Source: Eledone cirrhosa (taxonomy: Eukaryota). Taken from it: a DNA stretch of 64,000 nucleotides. Each line of letters starts with the position of its first letter. The stretch's first letter is position 1. The stretch lies in NCBI GenBank assembly GCA_964016885.1, contig OZ024742.1, positions 150,474,001 through 150,538,000 of the forward strand, read 5' to 3'. The translations under genes were made by a program, and so were the position numbers. A model generated the notes under the pieces. The model saw nothing but the letters and a program-made list of their open reading frames with translations, was not told the origin of the DNA and did not search any database. Shown piece by piece: positions 53,259-64,000 of the stretch.

Positions 53259-54392
53259 AATAACAAAAAACAAATCCTCCATTCCCATTATGCCAAACCC
53301 ATGACTTCCAAATATCTGATCCACCGAAACTCAGCTGTTTCGGACCATACCAAAATCAACATACTGATTGCGGATTTGGTACGGGTGATGAGAAACGTGT
53401 CCCGCATGTGCAACCCCGAAGAACTAGAGAGACACATACAACACTTCATCCACCGTATGTAGTTCTCTGGTTACAATCAGAGAGATAAAATCAGAGTGTA
53501 TAGAGGAGCCAGAACCAAATGGGAAAAAATGGTAAATAATGACACAAATGGGACCTGCCCCTTGTATAGGAGCAAATTTTGGAATAGAATAGAAAGAACT
53601 AGGAGTAAGGCTAATAGGATAAACTAATGGTATGATAGCAATACATACCGGAGTGTAATGTTCATCGATACAACCCCTAGAGGTGAATTAGCTTACAAAT
53701 TTAGAAGGGCCCTAGATAAACATAAACTCAATATTAAGATAGTAGAAAGACCAGGTACCTCCATAAAAACACTTATCAGCAAGACATACCCTTTTCAAAG
53801 ACCCCCTGTATAGATAAGAAATGTATAACCTGTAAATTAAGCCCCCATATTAACTGTAAAACTAGAAATGTAGTATATAGCATAAGATGTACTGAAGGAC
53901 AATGTAGAGACAAAAATATAGTGTACATATGTGAGACAGCTCATAGTGTAGGGGAACGGATAAATGAACACTGGCGAGACCTTCAGGATAGTAAAGAATC
54001 ATCTGTACTCTACCAACATGCTAAAATAGAACATAAAGGTAAATTAGAGAACATATAAATAAAAAATAGAATCTACACACAGAAAAGACGCAATGTTTAG
54101 ACAAATCAGAGAGGCAATAAACATAAAAGAATTATAACCAAAATTAAATAGAAAACATGAGTGGAACAGCAACATCACAACTTACAATTAAGGACAACAT
54201 GAAAACACACACGCACATAGAACAAACAACCAACCTGTAACATGTAAATAAACAAATAAATAAACGAATATAAACACACACAGACACCCGGATGTGGCGC
54301 ATGCGCAGACTGAGCACACAACACACACACAGAAACAAGATGGCGTAGGACAGAACAAAGGAGAGTCACAAAAACAAAGAAAAGAATCCCCA

Positions 54393-54435
54393 GTCACTGA
54401 AGAGGTCACAGAATGTGTGACGAAAGAACTTTGAC
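54393..54435 (+). ncRNA. Minimal type I hammerhead in 3' pLTR
   Basis: GUCA-CUGAAGA-(G)GUCACA/UGUGAC-GAAA-GAAC-UU-UGAC. Confidence 0.72.
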
Positions 54436-55311
54436 AATATATAAACAACCATCTGGTTATGGAACCAACCAACCAACCGGAAATTTATAAATTCCTAAAT
54501 TTATAAATTTATTATAATAAATTAAAATGAAGGCAACTGGCGCGTGTGTTTCTTATTGGTAACATGACCCTCCCAAAGTATAACAATATATATATATATA
54601 TATATTTAATACAATAACAGAGGTAGTTTAAAGCTAAACTCTGACTGGTAACCATCTCACTCAACAAACATTAGGTTATATTAAAATATAGACCCAATTT
54701 AAGTGTTTGGGGTGCTAACAATATGTATAATGTGGAAAAACCAGTTGTATTATTTTATGAGATATAATTAAAGTTAAAGTATATCTCTCTTTCCAAACAA
54801 TTCTTTCATTATAAGTTTTCTACAAGTTTGGGAGAATGTTTCCAGTTTATGTAGAAGCCTAATACATATTCATGTAAGAATATATTTAGGTGGGCACTTA
54901 TAAATCATCAGTGGAAGCCCAATTAAACATTGATATAAGAAAACAATTTCTTACCGCTGTCCAAATCATGTCCGTAAAGTTGGTCTCTCCCACCTCGAAT
55001 GACCGCCAAATTTGAAATTCCAGCAGTTTTTGACTGAGGAAGTATCATAGCGACACGAAGCGGGAAGGGGAGACAACCCACGAAATGAGGAAAAAAAATA
55101 ATATACACGCGGGTTAATTAGTTTTTTTGAAAACATTATCAATCCAACGTGTTTAAGAACTCAATTGAAAATAAAAAAATAAATATGTGCTTGTATAAAT
55201 TACACACGCATATAGATATTTTCTTAGGCTAAATCAGAAGTTGTACCCGAATAAGAACCGCTTCTCATAACCGCAGTAAATGCAGAAAGTTATGCTATAA
55301 AGGGCAAATGT

Positions 55312-55367
<56 letters not shown>

Positions 55368-56184
55368 ACAACACCGACAGCTCTCTTTCTTCCATTCTCC
55401 GTTGTCTCCTCTCCCTCTCTCTATGTCCCTCTTTCAATCTACTCTTTCAAAACCACTATCTCTTTCTCTCTATCCTTCTCTCTCTCTCTGTTTATGAATG
55501 TACCCAGAAAACCCCATATCTCGGGAACCCGTGCTTCGATTTACGCGAAATTTGTTTTTTTTCCATTTGTATTCACATTTCAGGGTCAACTTCCTTTCAA
55601 AGTATTTTCCCAATTATGCGCCGTTATGGCTGTATTACATTACAGATAAACAAACAAGCAAGCAATCACAGAGTTTTAGTAGTATATAGTTTGGTAAACC
55701 CCTCAAAGTTCTACATTGAAATAGTGTATTTCATTTAAGAAAAACGGCTTCAAAGGGTTAATTAGGTCGCGTAGAGAAAATAATTTGTATGTTGATTTCA
55801 AATTGCTGCTTGTATGAATTTTTAATCGATCAAATTTTGAAATTATTGTAGCTGTTACAGCAACTACAGATGCTTCAATTGATGTTGTTTTAAGTATTTA
55901 GAAGATTCCTGAAATAATGGTTTCTGATTAGGCACAAGGCCAACAATTTTGGCGGAGAGGAAAGTCGATTAAATCGACCCGAGTGCATTACTGGTACTTT
56001 ATTTTATCGACCCCAAACGGCAAAGCTGACTATAAAATAATGAGGCATGACTTGAAATATAATACCCTGTGTGTGGGGGTGGGTGTTTATGTGGATGTTG
56101 TATGTATTAGAAATATATATATATGTATATTAGTAAAGTTGGTGTTTTGTCTTTCAAATTCAAATTCACCCCTTTCGCATCTCC

Positions 56185-56649
56185 AGAAACTAGAACGAAT
56201 ACCGCAAAATATTCTGTCATACGGTCTAACGAACCTGTAAATTCGACATCTACTTAGGATGTATGTATACGAAATATAGGACAATTTGATATTTTTAGTT
56301 ATTTAAATGTCGTAATTTGACTCATCGTGAAGATACTGTCCTTTTGTCTGTTCTTGTTTGTTTGTTGTTTTCTTTTACAATTATCATGTAAATACAAAAA
56401 TATGGCTTTGGATAAATACAAGCTCCTGAAGATCTCCCTCCAAAAAAGAGTGATAAGAAGAATTCATCATCGAGAATAAAATCCTTATGAAATATATTCT
56501 CTAGAGTTTAACTACAATTAATATGTATCTAGTAATCATTTATAGTTTTTCAACCATGAAAACCTAATATATACATTAATCCACACACCAGTTTTTATTA
56601 TACTTATATCAACACCATTCTGTTATCATAATACATTATATGTAATATA
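56185..56649 (+). repeat. Dispersed duplication, copy 2 (empty SINE site)
   Basis: Matches 45360-46003 without the SINE. Confidence 0.88.
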
Positions 56650-56955
56650 AGGTAACTAATATTTCAAATTGATTTATTTGGTGCATCTGTTTGTTTAATA
56701 TTCGTCTAGAACTCTATTCTGACAGTGTTGGGGGATTCAATTTCGATACAAACTAAGTAATATTCTGGATATATGAATAAAAATTAACACTCAAGCTCAT
56801 AGCCTCAATCTATCTGTTGGAATCTGACGTCCATGACAACTTGCATTGTTCATATTGTTCATATTGTTTAATGCTATATATATATATATATATATATATA
56901 TGGAATAGAATGAAACGAAATTTCATTTGTCACTCTTAGTACGGCACTTACTTAA

Positions 56956-57087
56956 ATGTAAGTATGTGTGTATGTATACGTACATACATATATGTATACA
57001 GACGTACAGTAGTATGTATATATATACATACTACTGTACGTCTGTATACATATATGTATGTACGTATACATACATACATACTTACAT
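56956..57087. repeat. 132-bp near-perfect palindrome
   Basis: ATGTAAGTATG...CAGTAGTATGTATATATATACATACTACTG...CATACTTACAT, with no spacer. Confidence 0.9.
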
Positions 57088-57167
57088 ATATATATATAAA
57101 TAATAATAAATTTGAAGTCTAAAAGTCAAAGAGGGCTCGATAAGGATAAATATATATCAAATATATA

Positions 57168-57403
57168 ATTGTCCTCACCGCTCGAAATAATGACGTATTA
57201 TCTTCGTTTTTTTTTTTTTCGTTCTTTGCCAGGGAACGTCTCCACGAACCAAAGTATCGTCTTCCTGTCTTCCTTCGGTTGTAAGGTTTTTCGAAATATT
57301 TACTTCTGTGTTCACAAATTGATTATTTTAGTTTCAGAAGATCCCGTTAAGGATGAAAGCAGCGATTCTTTGCTTAAACTTTAATCTGTTATTTTAATAA
57401 ATA
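57168..57403 (+). repeat. pLTR-like direct repeat (copy 1) with a U4A hammerhead-like motif at 57330-57380
   Basis: Matches 60529-60757. AGUUU-CAGAAGA-UCC/GGA(U)-GAAA-GCA..UGC-UU-AAACU. Confidence 0.7.
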
Positions 57404-57536
57404 TTTGCTCTACGGTTCTTATATATTTGATATATATATTTATCCATATCGAACCCTCTTTGGATTTTAGTCTTCAAATTTATTATTATTACTATTTGGC
57501 TCCCTCGGTTGAGCACTCTGTTGACTTATATTCATC

Positions 57537-59460
57537 ATGCAGAAACAACATCTGAATATTTCTACAGAGAACATACTCGTACCAAGCAGGAAGAAATACC
57601 TAAAACTCCTGATACAGAAAACAGACGTGTTCATTAAAAGGTTGCGTTGGTGTACCTTTTATTTCGATAATAAGGGAAAAGCGGACAACAAACAGGATAA
57701 ATATGGGTTTAAAACCTACAATAACCTTCCGAGTAACCCAGCATTGCTACCCTTCGAAAATGGTGTCTTGGAACTCATACGGAGTATCAAATTTCGGAAT
57801 AGGAGTAATTCCTTCCAGCAGGACCTGAAAAATAGAATTCGTTCTATTAAGGATTGTAATGCCGTGCACGTTCACTCCGACAAAACTGGCAATCTATATC
57901 AAGTGGAACGCAGTACTTACCATCATGCTGTAATTAAGGATTACCGTAAAACTAATCGGAGTGTCATTAATGACATCAACGATGCTGGGTTTAAAATCAC
58001 CTCTGATCTCAACATCTTGGACCAGACTGAACCTCTGGACCCTATTTTTCCCCACTTTACCCTGAAGGATCACAAATCCAATTTCCCCAACAACCCCTCT
58101 ATTCGGCTTATTAACCCTACGAAGTCCGATTTAGGTAGACTTCGTAAAAGGATTTTAGATAGAATTATACCTGAAATTAGAAGCTTGGCCCCTCTTGCAC
58201 TGTGGAACAATTATTTCGCGGTAATTGATTGGTTCAACGGCATATGCAACAAGGAACATTGCCGTTTTATCCAATTCGACATCAATAATTACTACTCCTC
58301 CATCACTTTACCACTTCTTCTTAGAGCTATCAATTTCGCTAAAACACTCACGGTGGTTAAGGATTTCGAAGTTGATGTTATCCTCAATGCCCGTAAGTCG
58401 GTGATTAATTTCGACGACTCTATTTGGATTAAAAAATCTAATAGTACCCCCATTCGACGTGAGTATGGGGGGCCAGCGATTCTGCGGAGGTTACTGATCT
58501 TATCGGCCTTTTCCTTCTTTTCTCTATCAAGGAAGAATTCCCCAACGTGGGCGGTGGTTTGTACCGTGATAACGGTCTTTTGACCATGACTAAGTGTGGC
58601 CCACGCGCTTGTGACAGGTTCAGAAAAGAACTCACAATCTTCTTTAAAGGCTTCAACCTCTCCATACAGGTTGAGGCCAACCTCTCGGTCGTTAATTACC
58701 TCGACGTTACCCTCAATTTGTCGAATGGCTTGCACTACCCGTATAGAAAGCCGAATGATACGCTTAATTACATAAGTAAGCATTCTAACCATCCTGCCAG
58801 CATAACCAAGAACATGGTAAGAAACGTTTCTTTGGGGCTTTCCCGTCTATCTACAAGCGAGCATATTTTCACCGACCATTCTACATATTACAATGAAGTT
58901 CTTGCTTGGAGTGGATTTGTCGATAAGGTAGCATATACCGAGTATGAGCATAGACCTAGAAGAAATAGATCCCGACGCATTATATAGTATAACTCACCAT
59001 ATGATATGGAGGTGGTCACACCATTATCTAAGATCTTTCTCTCCCTTATTATGAAGCATTTCCCCCAAGCACATAAATATAATAAAATTTTAAAAGAAAT
59101 ACCATTAATATTTCTTACTCTACGACTCCCAACCTTGCACATAACATCACTGCTTCAAATTTAGCTAAATTACCTAGCCGTAGGAACACGTGCAACCCTG
59201 TAGCTAGTACTAACTGTAATTGTAGGAATCAGGTTGACTGCCCCCTATCCGGGAAATGCCTCCCTAGTAACATTGTCTACAAATGTAAGGTTGAAACACC
59301 CACGTCCCGTAGGGCCTACATAGGGTTAACCGCCAATAGATTTAAGCAGCGTCTTTACATGCATGCCCATTCTTTTCTTAACCCTTTAAGAAGGAATATG
59401 ACGTCATTTTCAGCTTATATCTGGAGTCTAAAAGACAACCACACCTTACAATCATAGACT
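57537..59460 (+). mobile_element. Near full-length Penelope-like ORF, frameshifted (RT + GIY-YIG)
   Basis: FIKRLRW, SDKTGNLY, KDHK..F..NP..RLINP.KSDLGR, FIQFDI.NYY, GGGLYRDN, VNYLDV, SNHP, then CNCR..CPL and YIGLT. Confidence 0.92.
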
Positions 59461-59814
59461 ATGTTTTTGGTGAGGCATTTCCCAGCCATGGGGCAAGTGG
59501 CGGTGTTCCTGCAATTACATCTTCTGTTATCGACCTGGGTAGTTCCAGAGGAACCACGGTACCTCTGGTGTCGGGTCTCAGTTCTTGTCTGCTCTATGGG
59601 TAAGTTCCCAGGGGTTGGGGTGACCCGACTCACTTCACGCGTATGAATCCGTTCATCCATAGAGCTGCCGTTAGTTCTGCCTTGATAGTTTTCTGACCCT
59701 AACTGAGGACCGGCGTGTTTGGGCTGCTTAATTTTCATATGAGGGATAAAACTCTAGTGAGTGAACATCGTTAAATTTTCTCCCTCATATCAAGGATTTG
59801 AAGACAATTCATTT

Positions 59815-59888
59815 TCACCTGACCAGATCAGTGATAATCGATCATGGCCGCACGATCGATCTATCTCTTATTGAAACATGTGTCGTGA
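59815..59888 (+). ncRNA. Degenerate type I hammerhead (G8C) in the PLE 3' region
   Basis: UCAC-CUGACCA-[irregular stem II]-GAAA-CAUGUG-UC-GUGA. Confidence 0.5.
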
Positions 59889-60327
59889 TTAAAATGATTG
59901 GAAATTTATACCATGCCTTCAGATCTTTATTTTGATACAAATACTCCGTTTTACATCATCTAGCTGTTCCCATAAATAGAATTGGAGATATACAAAAGCG
60001 TGGAGAACTTAAGATTGCTAACAAAAGTTTATTGGACCGTATGACACAACCAATAATACACCTTACTATATAACAACTATATTTTTTTAATATATGTTTT
60101 ATGTGTATTTGGTGTATACGTTCGTATGTGTGCGGGTTCAGGCGTTGCGTGGGTTTTTGTATGTGCGCGCGTTTTTGTGTATGTGCCTGCGAGTGTTTTC
60201 GCGTATACATGTTTGTATACGTATATGGATCCGTGCATGCATATATTTAATTATTGTTGATTCCAATAACCTCTGTAATTTATTTATATTATCCTTAACT
60301 CTGAAGCCGAGAATCATTCGGTTTCCT

Positions 60328-60757
60328 AAATAGAATTTTAGTCTACGACTTCAGTTATACCATAAACGTGGATTTGTCTTTGAGTGTAATTGTTCTCATC
60401 GCTCCACATAATGACGTATTATCTTCGTTTTTCCGTTCATTGCCAGGGAACGTCTCCACGGACCACCTAATAGAATATTAGTCTACGACTTCATTTATAC
60501 CATAAACGTGGTTTTGTCTTTGCGTGTAATTGTCCTCACCGGTCCAAATAATGACGTATTATCTCCGTTTTTTTCCGTTCTTTGCCAGGCAACGTCTCCT
60601 CGAACCAAAGTATCGTCTTCCTGTCTTCCTTCGATTGCAACGTTTTTCGAAATATTTACTTCTGCGTTCACAGACTGGTTATTTTAGTTTCAGAAGATCC
60701 CGTTAAGGGTGAAAACAGCGATTCTTTGCTTAAACTTTAATCTGTTATTTTAATAAA
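60328..60757 (+). repeat. pLTR-like repeat (copy 2) with an internal tandem duplication of about 140 bp
   Basis: TAGTCTACGACTTCA..TTATACCATAAACGTGG occurs twice. 60529-60757 matches 57168-57403. Confidence 0.75.
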
Positions 60758-60771
60758 TTAATATATATATA

Positions 60772-60823
<52 letters not shown>

Positions 60824-60856
60824 TACACTGTTCCATCATTAAGACACACACACACA

Positions 60857-61472
<616 letters not shown>

Positions 61473-61499
61473 ATATATATATATATATATATATACTTT

Positions 61500-63263
61500 A
61501 TAAACAACAATCAAAGAGTGTTTAAAACATTTAATCACTTACGATTGTTTCATCCTAGCTCAAGGCTAGATCATCGGAGTATATAAAAAAAGGTTGAAAC
61601 ACAAATATAATATCAGAAGTTTGTCATAAGGACATTAGGAGGATACATAATATAGGAAGTAAGCATAAGTATCAACATTAAACAAGAAAAGATAGCAAAG
61701 GCAGACGAAGCATATGAAAAATGTAAGCATATAAATACAATAAAATAAAATAAAATTAGGAGCAGCGAAAAGCATTAAAAATGTTAAAGGTTTAAAAACA
61801 TGCTGCTATAGAGCAACATGCTGCTATAGAAAGGTTAAGTATTGTGCAAGACATATATCATAGGCATTACACAAGTTTATAAAGTTAATAAGAGCAGGTG
61901 TGCAGTTCAAATATATATTTGAAAAAATATAAAAAATACATCTCCAAAAGTTATTTTTATTAATGGATATAAAAAGTTCGACTGCGTCATTCAGTCATAA
62001 AGATAAACTATTATTTTAATGCTGAATAATTATACACAGCAAAATAAAGATCAAATATAGATTAAAGTGTTATTATTATTAATCAAACCATTCAATGGAA
62101 TTAATGTTGAGTAAATATAATCAGCAAAGTAAAAATCCAATATATATTAAGTGTTATCATCGGAAAAGGTACCATATATTTGAATAGAGGGAAGAAACCC
62201 TTATGCTTAAGCATAAATAACTCGTTAAAGGAAAATTTATCGTTAGCTGACGATTGATACAAAATTTGTAAGAGAGTTACAAATTATTAAATGGAAAAAT
62301 AAATATTTAGTAAGTCGAGATGTAATTAATTAAAAAACGTATTTAAACTTATTTAGTGTCAATGATTATAGAACTAAAGAATTATTTTTTAAATTATTTT
62401 TAAAATAATATATTTACAAAACACAAATAAAATAATTTATCAATGTTACAAAAATGCTATATATTATTGAAATTTTCTTATATACATATGTTAAATAATA
62501 TCAAAAGATAAAAAGTAAAACAATATACTAGTTAATTAGATATTTAATAAATTATATTACTATTGAAGATATACTACTGAAAAAAATAGAGTGAGGCAAT
62601 AGTTAATATATAGTACAATATTAACACAAATAATATTAGCAAAAATAAATTCAAATAAAAGGGGGGCTTATTAAAAATAATATAATAAAATAATATAATG
62701 ATATAATAGAACAATAAGATGCTTAAATGTGAAGGGGGGGGGGGGGGGGGTTATAGTAAATTGTAATCAAAATTGAAGGGATCAGAATGAGGATGTTATA
62801 AGAATGCAATGATACTAATGTTATTAAAAAATAAGCTATAAATCTACATTGGTATAAGTTAGTTACTAGGTTTTAAATAGTAAAAAGAATGGTGATTAAT
62901 ATGAGGACAAGTGGAAAATATCTCAGATTTCTTATATAATAAATCTAATTTAGAATAAATAATAGTATGGGACTGAAGAAGGTAGAGGTTACACAGTTTA
63001 TTGGGAGGTTTATAAGAAGTTTTTGCAACCACATTCCAGGTCAGGATGTAATGTGTAGTATTACTCTTCAGAAATGATATGAAATTAGATAAAAAGGTTG
63101 TATGCTTAAGCTTAGAGTTCTTGAAATTATGAAGATGGGAATTATACCTCGTCAAAACTATTCGATGTAGAACCGATATAGGTTTTGGAGTTGGTAGTAG
63201 TTTTGACAATGCAGGAATAAATAATATTTTTAACAAGGCAATTTCTATTAAGTGGTCATACAT
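61500..63263 (-). mobile_element. Penelope-like 3' remnant (GIY-YIG C-terminus + pLTR)
   Basis: ORF 62859-63263 (RYNSHLHNFK, WNVV..SYKPPNKLCNL, KKSEIFSTC) is homologous to 38176-38640. Confidence 0.85.
61536..61581 (-). ncRNA. Type I hammerhead, U4C core variant
   Basis: UACU-CCGAUGA-UCUAGC/GCUAGG(AU)-GAAA-CAAUCG-UA-AGUG. Confidence 0.68.
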
Positions 63264-63555
63264 TATTAGGCCTACAATTACAATTATAACTATTTAAAAC
63301 TATAAGCAGTTTTGAGGATACGGATGTGAAGAGATATTAAAGTTAGATATATGAAATATATATATATATAATTAAGGAGACGGTATCACAAAGGAATATA
63401 TCCAGAGTTAAATAAGGTACTCAATACATTTTTTTAAATTTAGAAATGACTTCTACAGCACTAGAACTGTTTCATTTGTATGAAATCATCGTGACCTCAT
63501 GACCGCAGAATAATGATGAAGCCATTGAAAGAATAAAGGACCACACACACACACA

Positions 63556-63623
<68 letters not shown>

Positions 63624-64000
63624 TTCTCTCTCTCTCTCTCACTCTCTCTCTCTCTCTCTCTTTCTCACTCTCTTTCACACACACACACACGCACAGATAC
63701 ACATCAGCTCTGAGTAGAAGGTAAAAATGCATCGTGCAAGAAATGTCCTTTTCTTTTGTGAAGAGACAGAAACATCTGCCATGGCTAAAATAAACTTTCG
63801 TTATTGAACGCTTCGTGTTTCTTGTTTATATCCGTCATTCAGGTGACTCATCTAATTTTTAGAAACATTTTTAACAATATCGTACTTTTCAGATATGGAC
63901 AATGTGTGTCAACTATTTTTCCAAACTGTATTCTGAAGTAAAGTCGAACATGATTAAAACTGGTAAATCATCACCTGAAAAGAAACAGCTTCAACAGTGT

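Larger units (their letters stand above)
52071..54590 (+). mobile_element. Penelope-like element with an inverted 5' copy (about 640 bp) of its 3' end
   Basis: 52071-52713 is the reverse complement of 53946-54590. RT motifs YSRYVDD, LPVLDTELW and HYAKPM; GIY-YIG motif CKTRNVVYSIRC. Contains stops. Confidence 0.92.

Overview
Eukaryotic, AT-rich, microsatellite-dense DNA made up almost entirely of transposable elements. The repeat landscape (a short tRNA-derived SINE with the core GCCTTTCATCCTTACGGGGTCGATAAAATAAAGTACCAGT, Penelope, RTE) suggests an octopod cephalopod; this is my inference, not a database result. No intact host gene is visible, only three weak splice-site-bounded exon candidates. 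Decayed elements include: at least six Penelope-like (RT + GIY-YIG) retroelement remnants; an R4/Dong-clade RLE non-LTR element inside a (CATA)n tract; CRE-clade and RTE LINE fragments; a hAT transposon with its MITE; an internally deleted mariner; and non-autonomous Helitron-like pieces. The most striking signal is RNA-level: about 18 type I hammerhead ribozyme (HHR) motifs can be folded by hand from several unrelated non-coding or pLTR repeat families. One family is a near-homogeneous 318-bp tandem array carrying a C3U/G8A (UUGAUAA) core-variant hammerhead in every unit, which is the architecture of a non-LTR retrozyme (circular RNA). A second tandem family of about 500-730 bp shares a covarying 65-nt structured motif that is not a canonical hammerhead. 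Most of these repeats sit as fold-backs with both 3' ends facing outward into (TA)n tracts. All folds and alignments were done by eye and activity is untested.
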